Shown one piece after another: positions 12,679-23,820 of a stretch of 64,000 nt of DNA. Positions within the stretch are counted from its first letter, which is position 1; each line of letters begins with the position of its first letter. The DNA comes from Utricularia gibba (Eukaryota > Plantae > Magnoliophyta), in NCBI GenBank assembly GCA_002189035.1, contig CM007989.1, positions 2,604,001-2,668,000 of the forward strand, written 5' to 3'. The notes beneath the pieces are model-generated. The model saw nothing but the letters and a program-made list of their open reading frames with translations, did no database searches and was not told where the DNA came from. The position numbers were made by a program, and so were the translations under genes.

Positions 12679-14225
12679 ATGAGTTTTGTGTTCCGAGGCA
12701 CTAGAGGTGACATAGAAACTGGGTTCCCCGGATTCATTCATGAGAGACATTCCATGGTAAGTGTTTCTTCTTTCATATTACAATTGTCTTTGTGTCAAAA
12801 TTTGCTGCCACTCATTTCTTGTAGTAGCACTGATATTTGAGTGCAATGTGTAGCGTGTTCACACAGCTCGGCCTGTCAATAATAACTCATTGGCTTTCCT
12901 AGTTACAGGTACGTACAATCTGTTCCTTTTGTGTGTATTTTTTTTTTGTCACATTATCTTATTTTTTATCCAACCACAACAGTTCTTCTGCTGTTCATGA
13001 TTTTGAATTCGCACCAGATCTCTTCAAATTTTCTGGTTAGTCATATTCTAGTGAAATTATTCTTAAAGTCCTATTCAATATGGAGTATCTCTATTTAAGC
13101 GTCTTTGTCTTGCTTTTTTTGGTAAGCTGTGGCTGGTTCTTGGCGTGTTTTTTATGGCAACAACTTTGAGGATGTATGCAACATGCCAGCAACTTCAAGC
13201 TCAAGCTCAGGCGCAGGCCCATGCAGTTGCAACTAGTGGTCTTCTTGGCCATACAGAAGTAAGAGTTCACATGCCTCCATCAACAACACTTGCAACCAGA
13301 GGAAGATTGCAGGGCCTTAGACTGCAGCTTGCACTTCTGGACCGGGAGTTTGATGATTTGGGTAAGCATTGCATGCTTCACATTCATTTCAATTTTAGGA
13401 ACGTGTGAATGTCGCATTGATCTTTATAAGAGTATTTTCTTTGCTTCTATAGATTATGAAACTTTAAGAGCACTGGATGCCGACAATGTTCCGACTGCTT
13501 CCATGTCCGAGCAAGAGATCAACGCTCTTCCTGTGCACAAGTACAAGGTACCCGGTCCAGAGAGGTGAGTATGGTTGGAGAATTTCTTTCTGTAAGCGGT
13601 ACTAAGTTTACTAGCGCATACCCCTCTCCTGAACTCACCTCTATGGCATATTTTTATGACTCAGCGTGGGCTCATCAAAGGTTCATCAAGCCTCCTCGTC
13701 GAGCCCAGATCAGGTTTTCTTGTGCCTTTATGAATCTCAATCATTTTAACACTAGTTTCTCACATGTTAAACCTCCCTTCACAACACCAACTTAAACCTC
13801 TTGAAAAATGAGATCAATTGAAGAGGGGAAAATGGCCTATTGATATGAAGTTCTTCTTATGAACCCCTGGAGCAGGACCCAAACATTGTGAACGAACAAG
13901 CAGGAAAGAAGACCTCCGAGGATGATTTGACTTGCAGCGTTTGCTTGGAGCAAGTTAACGTGGGAGAACGCATTCGGAGCTTGCCTTGCTTGCACCAGGT
14001 ATCGCATCATCCCTGTAGTAGCATACTCCTTTCAATATTGCTTTTTCGACTCACTGCCTTTCATCTCAACACTTGGTGCTTGGTTTATCTTGTTTGCAGT
14101 TCCATGTAACCTGCATCGACCCCTGGCTGCGGCAGCAAGGCACTTGCCCAGTTTGCAAATTTCGAGTTAGTTCCCGATGGCTGGGGATCACACAGGAAGA
14201 ACTGGATGATGTAGACTTGGTTTAG
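12679..14225 (+). CDS. SDIR1: RING-H2 E3 ubiquitin ligase, SDIR1-like, 8 coding exons
   Basis: Starts MSFVFRGTRGDIETGFPGF; contains RMYATCQQLQAQAQA, RGRLQGLRLQLALLDREFDDLDYETLRALD and RING CSVCLEQV..LPCLHQFH..CIDPWLRQQGTCPVCK. All exons were traced with canonical splice sites; stop TAG at 14223-14225. Confidence 0.95.
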
Positions 14226-14604
14226 CTTTCAAACCATTACAAAGTTGGCCATTTCTAGTTGAACAGGCGCTTTATTTGACATTCACCCCTTAGTGTAAGA
14301 TGGTTGTGGCATTAAACATTATCCTTGCCTAAGTCTTCCCTTCTTGTCTCCGAGTTTGGCTCCTGCTGCTTTTGCTTCTTCCCTCATGAAATAAGCTATC
14401 CATCTTCGAGTTAATACATCGAATCTCATGGATGCGCCATGTTGTGAAACAATTCAGACTTTGATCCTTGCGGAACCACTCAAAAAAGAAAGTGAAACTG
14501 AGGGCATACACCAAGTTTACATATGGTTAACACATCCAGCATATGATGCTCATTGCCTATCTCTGAAATTATGCACATATAGGCGAGTTTGATGCTACTC
14601 GTAC

Positions 14605-15383
14605 TCAGGAATGCGAGGAGGTGCTACCCCCACTACGCTTAGCTGCTGCTTCTGAGCTGCTCATCGTCATAAATGATTCTCCACAGCCACACTGCCCAGT
14701 TGAATTAGGATTGATGAATATGAACTCCGATCTGTTTGTGAAAAAAAAATTCTTAGAGAAGCAATGAAAAATTCCACCAGAATCAAAGTCAGCCAACATG
14801 GTATAACACAGAGAGGGAACATTCTGCAAAGAAGTAAACGCAACTTTGTCTTCCCAGAATTTTCGATGAGCAAAAAGGCAAGAACACCATTTAACATAAG
14901 CCCAAAAGTATTTTTGCATCAGGCACTCTCCATATTTTACCTTAGTTTATCGTCCACAAAATCCATCTTAGTTCCAATGACATGCATCAAGGCCTTTGGA
15001 TCAATCAAAATCTTCACTCCCTTGTCCTCAACCAACTCATCAAACTTACCTTTCTCATCTGCAAACAGCAAGCGCATCTATCAGCAATAAATAGAACAAA
15101 TTGGAAAAAGAATCATACCAACATAATTCAATCAATCTATGCCCATGTAGACGCAGCTGCTAAAACAAAAGTTTTGAATAAAAGGGGGCAAGAACAAGCC
15201 CTATCCCTAGGAAGAACGAAAAATGAAATTTGAAAGGTTACCCGCGTAGTTAAGGGTGTAGGATAATCCATTGCAACCACGAGATTTGACGCCAAGCTTC
15301 AGAAAGGAGCGTTGGCGCCTTTCAAGAAGTTGGCGTATCCTAGAGGCGGCGGTTTCCGTCAACGACAATACTTGCTTTCGCAT
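14605..15383 (-). CDS. Iron-sulfur cluster assembly protein IscA-like (mitochondrial type); exons 15383-15242, 15058-14941, 14731-14605; 128 aa
   Basis: [38 protein letters not shown] / [39 protein letters not shown] / [21 protein letters not shown]. The three conserved Cys are present (GCNG, CGCGESF). Confidence 0.93.
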
Positions 15384-15861
15384 GGTGATTCCCTTTTCAC
15401 TCCCGAGGGTGATTCATCTACAACAGAAGCAAAATCAATACGAATAAAGCTTACGAATCAGAAGATCAAAAGTAATACCGCAGCGCAGTTCATTTCAGAT
15501 CCACCATTGCGAAGAATAAATCTCACCGGCTCCTTGAACCAAGCCCGTAGGCCTTGCCCAGGCCCCTTATCTTCTACGGCGGCGGCCTACCCATTCACAA
15601 TAATCCCGCACATTTTGGGACCTAATATAATAATACATTTTTTAAATTGATAATGTAAAGAGCATGGCCCACGTACACAGGCCCACAACGTCCCCTCCCT
15701 CCCCAATATTCTAAAACTCCATTTGATTTAATTTATCGAAAATCATTTTTTAAAAAATGATTTTGATAAATTATAAGGGTTTGTTTGATTGAATTTTTCA
15801 TATTTATATTTATGAGTTTAAAATAAAAATTATGCGTAATAGATAGATTTTGTTTATTTAC

Positions 15862-15864
<3 letters not shown>

Positions 15865-15892
<28 letters not shown>
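15865..15892. repeat. (AT)14 microsatellite in an AT-rich intergenic stretch
   Basis: Perfect AT dinucleotide run read directly from the sequence. Confidence 0.95.
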
Positions 15893-15897
<5 letters not shown>

Positions 15898-16871
15898 GAA
15901 TTTTTAATTATTAAAAGAAAATAACATTATTATCGTTCATAATTTTTTCATTAATTGTGTGAAAAAAGTTGAATTGAAAATAATTAATATACCAAATCTG
16001 GCTAAAAAGTGGTCATTTAGAATATTGACCATTAGACCTTTATTTTTCAGATACTAAAAAACACATTTAAAAGAGCATGACCACTTTTGTAATATATGCA
16101 CATAAAAAGTAAGCTTTTATACAATTTACATGTGCTTAATTATAAATTTAAGAAAATATGTATCATATATATTACATAGATACCAAACAAGGGTTAAATT
16201 GAGATTTTACAACTTGCTTCTAGATTTATAAATTTTATGGAATAAAAATTGTTTTTTATTTAATAATAAAATTGATTCATAATTGTTTTTATAGAGAAGA
16301 AGAAGTAATGTGGTTTCTGCTCCATGGCCTGCATTAATTTCAAGTTTGTGTTCCTCAAGCCTCCATTCTGGAAGTGGTCCACAGGTTCTTGATGCCATCG
16401 GTTTCTGTTTCACCTTCTCTTGCTTCTCTTTTACTGCTCCTCCTTTCAAATGCTCAGATGTTTCCCTTTCTCTCCACAGTAAAATCTCACTACCATCAGC
16501 CGCAGTTACCCACCCACATGCCCTGCTTCTCCACACGCCTTTTCCCCCTGCAAGTCTCGACCATGCACCCAGCTCCGGTAGCAAAAGGAGTGCGGGTGCG
16601 GTGGAGGTGGGAGAAGCTAGTAAGGAAAGTGATTCGGTTTCAAGTTTCCGCGAGCGGAGGAGAACTGGTGGGTGTTTGAACTGTTTGGATCTACACAAAA
16701 AGGACAGAGCAGAATTGGATCGATGCAATGAACAAGAGAAAATTGAGTCCGGACTAACACCGCCTGCTAGAAATCCCCAAAAGAAAAAACAACAGGCGGA
16801 CGGACATTTGCATTTCTTGTTTCTATACCGATCAATCGGAGAGGAAAACAGAGGCGGCGCCGTTTGCGAGG

Positions 16872-17153
16872 TCAGCAATCGGAGTAATCTCTCCAGCAAA
16901 CGAGCATAATCACACACCTGCGCACGATGTAGAATCTCGCCCTTTGCTCCTTGATTAGGGCAGCGCATTTTCGGACGAAACCGCATTTCCTCGGGGAAGA
17001 GCATCTCCTGATCAACGAGGATGACCGAGGGCGCTTCTCTTTCCCAGCGAATCCAGCATGCTGCGGCAGCGATACGGCGGCGGGTGCCATGGCGGAGGAG
17101 AGGTATTCGGCAGTGCGTTGGGAATTCGGGTTAAATTGGTGCAGAGTGTTCAT
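16872..17153 (-). CDS. DEVIL/ROTUNDIFOLIA-like (DVL/RTFL) small peptide, 93 aa
   Basis: ATG at 17153; C-terminal RTF domain [26 protein letters not shown]. Confidence 0.92.
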   Translation of the reverse strand: MNTLHQFNPNSQRTAEYLSSAMAPAAVSLPQHAGFAGKEKRPRSSSLIRRCSSPRKCGFVRKCAALIKEQRARFYIVRRCVIMLVCWRDYSDC

Positions 17154-18340
17154 TTATTCAAGGCGCATGAGACGAGAAGAGACACGTTGCGTTTGGGTCC
17201 GCTGCATCTTTGACTCCATTTATGATGTCATCCCTCTCTGGGTCTATCATATCTTAATTCCCTCCCATATTCTTGTTTTACAATTTCAAAATAATCCAAA
17301 TTGGCATGCATTTCCATATCAGAGAGAAACCATGTGAAACATGAAAAAAATGACATTAAATATAAATACAAGAAGAAACATGTGAGAAAAGTGAGTACTA
17401 TCTTTTAAATGTGTGAGAAAATTGGCAACCATATTTGTAAAACTTTAATCTTGATATGTGAGATAAAAGTTCCATTACCATTTTTTACAATAATTCTGAA
17501 AAATATAGTCATTTTATCTACATAATTCCAAGTGAATTAGCAATGGAATTAAAGCTCTACATCTAGATTTTACCCATACATGCTTAGAGGAATTGTTTGA
17601 GAAAATTTAAAAATAGAATTCGGTATATGTTATTCCGATGGTTTTAAAATATGTGTATTTAAAAGCAGTTTAAGATAAATTAAAATTACATATGTAGTTT
17701 TATCAAGAATTAAGGGAATGATATGTTTTACATTAAACCATGTGTTTATTCCTAATTTATCATTATTTTTCTTAACTTTTAAATAATTAATGAAATCAAT
17801 TATTTAAAATTACAATCCAAATATTTTTTTCATTATAAAATATAATATATTTGAATCAATCTATCAAATACATTCTAAATTTAAAACTATAAAATATATT
17901 TTTTATTATTATAATGTTGCTCTTCTATCTTTATATTAATTACTCACACTTTCGTAGATAAGTTCAATTGATATTATTTCAATAACAATATCTGATTGAA
18001 TTCTTCAAATTCTCTAATTTAGAATTGATCATTTCAAGCCCATAATATGTATTGGGCCCATATCCAGATTCATTTGGTTATCGGCTCATATATTTAAAGC
18101 CCAATTAACCATTTAGGGCCCACGGCCCGGCTCAGTAGCTGGGGAACCGTGTGGGCTGGTACTGTCTTACCATTTCGGACAGTTCAATTTGATTTTAAAA
18201 TTAATTAATAATTAATTTCGGACTAAACTATTGAAATTTCGACTTTTGATAAGCTTATTTTCTATGGTAATTAAATGAATAAAATAAGTATATATTGTAT
18301 TAAAAATGAAATTATTTCCTAAAATAATTGATTCTTTTAT

Positions 18341-18404
18341 AACGGCTAGTTGTGGTTGACATAAAGAACGGAACCCTTGATCGGTTCTTCCACAAGTGAC
18401 CGTT
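18341..18404. promoter_or_regulatory. Cluster of three MSA-type (AACGG) cores upstream of CCS52B
   Basis: AACGG at 18341-18345 and 18367-18371, and CCGTT at 18400-18404, within about 210 bp of the ATG. MSA elements bind MYB3R factors and mark G2/M genes, which fits CCS52B. Confidence 0.6.
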
Positions 18405-18548
18405 ACTACTCTCTCCCCATTCGAAATATACAACTCTTCACATCTCGGCGGCCGTAAAACCCTCTCTCCGCCGTGGAAGAGATTTGCGACCGTCAGTTAG
18501 GTGGTGCCTGAAAACACAGAGAGGCATTTCTCTGTCACGAAGAAAAGA

Positions 18549-20903
18549 ATGGATCCCCAGCAAAGAAGAAATAGCGGCATTAATCTGCCGGCCTCCATGT
18601 CGGAGACATCCTTACGCCTCGAAACTTTTTCCTCTCCGACTAAGAATTTGATATCGCCGCTGAAATCGATGTCGCCGAGGACCATATCGAACTTATCGGC
18701 CTCACCGTCGAAGTCTGCTTCCAGCTGTAGTGATAGGTTTATTCCCTGCAGATCTTCGTCGAGGTTTCACACATTTGGCCTGATCGAGAAGGCGTCGCCG
18801 GTGAAGGACGGAGGATTGTCCGGAAATGAGGTGTATACGAGGTTGTTGAAATCTGAGCTTTTTGGCACTGATTTTGGGTTTTCTGATGTCTCTGCAGGTA
18901 CTTCAAGAGTTGGCTCACCTATGAGCCCGAGTAGAAATATGCTGAGGTTCAAGACAGAGCAGCCCTCATCCGGTGCCACTTCTCCTTTTTCACCATCGAT
19001 TTTGGGGCCGGAAAGTGGGATCTCTTTAGATGGTGTAACACCCACAAAACCACCTAGGAAGGTGCCCAAGACACCTCATAAGGTTTGGACCCTTGACTTT
19101 CCAATATGCTTACGAGTCCTGGATTATCAGAGCACAAATCTGCAGCTGTTATCCTTGCACCTGCACTCAAAATCTGAATTTTGATAATTTCAAGGAATAG
19201 TTTTATAAGATATAGAGTATCTAAGTTACTCCGCAGCTCAAAGAAAGTTAATGTTTACAGGTTTTGGACGCTCCAGCGCTTCAAGATGATTTTTACCTGA
19301 ATCTCGTGGATTGGTCTTCACAGAATGTCCTTGCTGTTGGTCTGGGTACTTGTGTTTACCTATGGAGTGCCTCAAACAGCAAAGTGAGTTGAAAATGCTG
19401 CACAAAACTCAATCCATAACTGCGATAATGATCTTAGTGATCATTCATTGACAGGTAACAAAGCTGTGTGACTTGGGACCGAATGATGGTGTCTGCTCCG
19501 TTCAATGGACAAGAGAGGGTTCCTACATATCGGTTGGAACCAATGTTGGCCATGTTCAAGTGAGCTTCTTTTTACTCTGTGAACCTGAAAATTTATCTTT
19601 CCGCTGAAAATGAAGCTTCCCATAAGGTCATCCGAGCTTCCATTTTTTAGGTTTGGGATACGACTAAATGCAAGTGCATCAGAACAATGGGTGGTCATGG
19701 AACGAGAGCTGGGATTTTGGCATGGAGTTCTCGAATCTTAGCCTCCGGAAGCAGGGACCGAAACATTCTTCTTCATGATCTACGTGTTCAGAATGACTAT
19801 ATCAGCAAGCTTGCTGGACATAGATCGGAAGTAAATACTTATTCCTCTTACAAGAAGAACCCGTTTCCTTGCTATTAGGGATTGTGGTCGCTAGTTTTTA
19901 CTTCCTCCTCCACAGGTGTGTGGGCTCAAATGGTCCTTCGATGATCGAGAACTTGCATCTGGTGGCAATGATAATCAGGTACTTTTCCACCATTTGCATG
20001 AAAAGTACATGAGGCTGAATAACACTAACACATTTTTGTTGAAATCAACATTTGAGGTATTCAGCTGTTGGTTTGGAATCAACATTCGCAAAATCCGGTT
20101 TTGAAACTAACAGAACATACGGCAGCAGTGAAAGCGATTGCTTGGTCACCTCACCAGAATGGTCTTCTTGCATCTGGGGGCGGCACGGCCGATCGCTGTA
20201 TTCGTTTCTGGAACACTGGAAATGGGAATCAGCTGAATAAAATAGATACTGGAAGCCAGGTAAACAATGAAGCTCTTAACAGCAACATTCCAAAGTCAAA
20301 AAAGAACCAACTCATAAGCCTGCCAATTTTTTTTTTTTTTTTTTTTTGCAGGTGTGCAATCTAGCATGGAGCAAAAATGTGAACGAAATTGTCAGCACTC
20401 ATGGATATTCACAGAACCAAATTATGTTGTGGAAGTATCCCTCCATGGCAAAAGTAAAACAAGTGCAGAATCTCTTAACCTCTCTTTCCCATTATAAGTT
20501 TCTCATTTGTATTTTCCTTGATCAGGTCGCCACTCTGACTGGGCACAGTCTGCGGGTACTCTATCTAGCAATGTCTCCTGATGGACAGGTATTCATTCTA
20601 CTAACACCTGACTCAACCCAAATACGTTTACATGGCCCTCTATGTAATCCCACGACACTATCTAATTGCAATGCAACTCGTTGCCTACAGACAATAGTGA
20701 CAGGGGCCGGAGACGAGACACTAAGGTTCTGGAGCGTCTTTCCATCTGCAAAGGCACCTGTAAGTTGAGCTTGCTAATACTTTTCTATGGAGGACAATTC
20801 TGAAAAAAGCTGTTGTGTGGAACCGAACCCTTTGATTTGCCCTTTTCAGGCATCCATCAAGGAGTCCAGTCTTTGGTCATCTTCGAGATCACAAATCAGA
20901 TGA
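18549..20903 (+). CDS. FZR3: APC/C activator FIZZY-RELATED 3 / CCS52B, 10 exons
   Basis: N-terminus [19 protein letters not shown] typical of CCS52B; C-box SDRFIPCR; WD40 repeats ([41 protein letters not shown]); C-terminal IR tail (SQIR*). All exons traced in frame. Confidence 0.95.
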
Positions 20904-21321
20904 TAAATTTGTGTGGAAGCTCTTTGTTTAGCCAGGCACCACCAGGGGATTTGCACATTTGATGAAATATAGCAAAAGCTTTGTTTGGATGACTTTCAAC
21001 TTTTAAGAAACATGGCTATATTGTAATGACCAACTTTGCTATCAGTGATCGCATAACCATACACGTCTCGCATGTCACACACATCAGCTATCGGCATCGC
21101 CAGATCAATGGCAATGCTTTGTGGGGAACTAGGCATGAAACAGCCATTGGCTGGAAACAGCAGATAAGGCGATACAGAGGCATTCTTCAGGTAAAGAAAG
21201 AAGAAAAGCACAGATAAGAATCAACAAAGAGCAAGCTGCAAAACCGTGTATGTGTATAAGAGCATAAAGGGGCAGTATCAAAGAAGACTGTACTCACAAT
21301 ACAACAACACCATGTAAACAT

Positions 21322-23820
21322 TCATTCATTCATATCATCTCCTTCTGATTTCACTAGTTGGGAGAAAACCCGGCTCATCGAAACACCTGAAAGATCATCA
21401 ACACTCGAGGTTTCGAATTGTTCAACGGATGCGCTTGTGCCAGCATGGTTGAACTCACTCACTTGGGGTGAAAGTTCACCGATCACGTTCGTGCTGTTTT
21501 CCTCAGGATCATTGAGGATCACGGCCTCTTGGAGCTGAAGGGCGTACTCAAGATTCCACAGGACATCTCCCATGGAGGGCCGATCGACACCAAACTCAGA
21601 TAAACATTTCTCTGCTGTTTCTCCGAACTTTCGAAGTGAATCTGGTTTTATTTTTCCAATGAGGTTTGAGTCTATGATCTGATCTATCTGGCCCTTCTTC
21701 TGCCATTTCATTGCCCATTCGGCTAGATTAACCATTTCTCGAGGAAGCGTGGGATCAATCACTGGTCTGGCACAAAGAACTTCAAACAGCACAACACCAA
21801 ATGAGTAAACATCTGATTTTTCTGTAAGCTGCTGTCTTCTGAAGTATTCAGGATCGAGATATCCAAAGCTCCCTTTGACTGCAGTACTGACATGTGTTTG
21901 ATCAATCTCAGGCCCTGTTTTTGAGAGTCCGAAATCAGCAACCTTGGCCATGAAATTCTCATCAAGCAATATGTTAGCCGATTTTACATCACGGTGAATT
22001 ACTGCTTTTGCATAGCCTGTGTGCAGATAATGCAGTCCTCTTGCTGCACCAATGCATATCTCCAGTCTCTCCTTCCAACTAAGACTTGGGAGATCCGAGC
22101 CGTATAGATGACTTTTTAGAGTTCCCTTTTCCATGTATTCGTAAACCAGGATCATTTCATTCCTCTCGTCACAGTAGCCTATCAAAGAGACCAGGTGTCG
22201 ATGGCGGAACTGTGAAAGCATTTCAATTTCAGTTCTGAACTCTGCTAGGCCTTGTTGAGACCTGGGATTGCCTCTTTTGACTGCTACGGTTGTACCATCA
22301 TGCAAAGTCCCCTTGTAAACCTTCCCGAATCCACCAGCTCCAATAACCAAACTCTCATCGAAGTTGTTGGTTGCTTCCAGCATTGCCACAAAGGGTATGC
22401 GGTAGCTCAAGTTGGATCCAAAACTAACAGTCGTTCCTGTCGAATATCGACTCCCCAAAGTGTGAGAAGTTCCACCATTGACTGATATCGGGATCCAGGC
22501 TTTTGAGTCTCGAAGACGTTCTTGTTTCCTTTTCCTGTGGACAAGAAAGAGAATCACTACAGCAACCAAAGCCAGTGGAATCCCAACACTCACACCAACA
22601 ATCATTCCAATGTTCTGCCTTGATCGGAATGCTGGTAATGCGGACACCCCAGCAAGGCTATTTGCAGAATTGTTCATTTTCATGATTTCCAACCCATTCA
22701 GAAGCGCATCAGGGTAGGAACCCTGTGGAGATGGACCAATGCTGACCCTAAGGCTATTTCTGTTGATTGTTGGGGTGACGAAATCCAGGAAGAATGCTGA
22801 GGCCACCTGTCTTGGAGTTCTTGTACTCGGTTCCAGGTCTGGTGCAACAAGAGAAGTATCAATAAAAACATCAAACACCAGCTGATTAGCAGAGGTGCTT
22901 ATGATATCACAAAAATGCATACGGATCAGGTACTGAAATCCTGGATCCAATGGAAACTGCCAAGTGACATTGAAGTTGCTACTAGGATCATTAGCAGAAT
23001 TCATTTCTGTGCAAGTTCCATAAACCGTAGGGGGAGCACTGTCCGTAGTTGCACCACCAACAGGGTACTGAACTGCTCCTATATTGGACCGATTGGTTGC
23101 AAGATTAGGCTGCAACAAAAAACTGCTATCCGGAATCCATGTTCGCCCCAACGAGTCATTCAAGAAGGATACAAAGGGTCCACCCATATTCAGTCTATAC
23201 ACCGTCTCCAGAGATAAAGCTGCAACTCGGTCTAATTGCCCAGTTGGGTTATAAAGGGAGGCTCCAGGAACGATCAGATTATCAGGAACTGAGGCAACCT
23301 CAATTGCATTAACATAAGCAAAGGAATTACTAGAAGGAGAAAATGTGATCACCAGATCTCCATTTGTTACATTCATACTGTATTCCCTCAGAGTAACAGT
23401 TTGTGGACTGAAGTTGCTGAGCAGTGTAGTCCTCTGGGCAAAAACTGAGAAACTAGCAGAACTCATGTTGTAATTCTGATAAACAAAGGGGAAGAAATGC
23501 AATCGGATCCAGTGTCTCCCAGCCTGATTGATCGAGAAAGTATATCTTGAAGGACCAGCAAAAATTCTGGCGGAATTTAAAACTGGTGCATATGCAGATG
23601 AGGCTACAGAATTCAAATTGCTAGTCGCCAAAATCTCTTGCGGAGTTGAAATAGCTACTGAAGAAGACGTATCAGCAATAAAAGTGATATTGCCCAAAAC
23701 AACATCAGACGATGATCCACAATCTATGTAATAACGATCAGATCCAACAGAACAACAAGCTAGATCCAGTATCAGCAGAACCCAGAAACACAATCTTAAA
23801 CCCCAGCACCCCATAATCAC
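21322..23820 (-). CDS. HERK1: CrRLK1L malectin-like receptor kinase, HERK1-like, intronless
   Basis: Signal peptide, malectin-like ectodomain (YYIDCGSS, WIRLHFFPF, YLIRMHFCDI, LLNGLEIMK), transmembrane helix, kinase (GAGGFGKVY, HRDVKSANILL, DFGLSK, GSFGYLDPEY), tail DDLSGVSMSRVFSQLVKSEG. Confidence 0.92.
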   Translation of the reverse strand: MIMGCWGLRLCFWVLLILDLACCSVGSDRYYIDCGSSSDVVLGNITFIADTSSSVAISTPQEILATSNLNSVASSAYAPVLNSARIFAGPSRYTFSINQAGRHWIRLHFFPFVYQNYNMSSASFSVFAQRTTLLSNFSPQTVTLREYSMNVTNGDLVITFSPSSNSFAYVNAIEVASVPDNLIVPGASLYNPTGQLDRVAALSLETVYRLNMGGPFVSFLNDSLGRTWIPDSSFLLQPNLATNRSNIGAVQYPVGGATTDSAPPTVYGTCTEMNSANDPSSNFNVTWQFPLDPGFQYLIRMHFCDIISTSANQLVFDVFIDTSLVAPDLEPSTRTPRQVASAFFLDFVTPTINRNSLRVSIGPSPQGSYPDALLNGLEIMKMNNSANSLAGVSALPAFRSRQNIGMIVGVSVGIPLALVAVVILFLVHRKRKQERLRDSKAWIPISVNGGTSHTLGSRYSTGTTVSFGSNLSYRIPFVAMLEATNNFDESLVIGAGGFGKVYKGTLHDGTTVAVKRGNPRSQQGLAEFRTEIEMLSQFRHRHLVSLIGYCDERNEMILVYEYMEKGTLKSHLYGSDLPSLSWKERLEICIGAARGLHYLHTGYAKAVIHRDVKSANILLDENFMAKVADFGLSKTGPEIDQTHVSTAVKGSFGYLDPEYFRRQQLTEKSDVYSFGVVLFEVLCARPVIDPTLPREMVNLAEWAMKWQKKGQIDQIIDSNLIGKIKPDSLRKFGETAEKCLSEFGVDRPSMGDVLWNLEYALQLQEAVILNDPEENSTNVIGELSPQVSEFNHAGTSASVEQFETSSVDDLSGVSMSRVFSQLVKSEGDDMNE

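Noticed and set aside
16440-16640. MIR164 precursor (the minus strand reads TGGAGAAGCAGGGCATGTGGG)
   Set aside because: No star arm. Downstream on the minus strand is purine-rich, and upstream pairing is only about 11 bp (GCTTCTCC) with a large asymmetric interior, so there is no proper miRNA/miRNA* duplex.
16207-17004. 265-aa minus-strand ORF and 199-aa plus-strand ORF around DVL
   Set aside because: Low-complexity translations with non-ATG or doubtful starts, overlapping the DVL CDS and its flank, with no recognisable domain.
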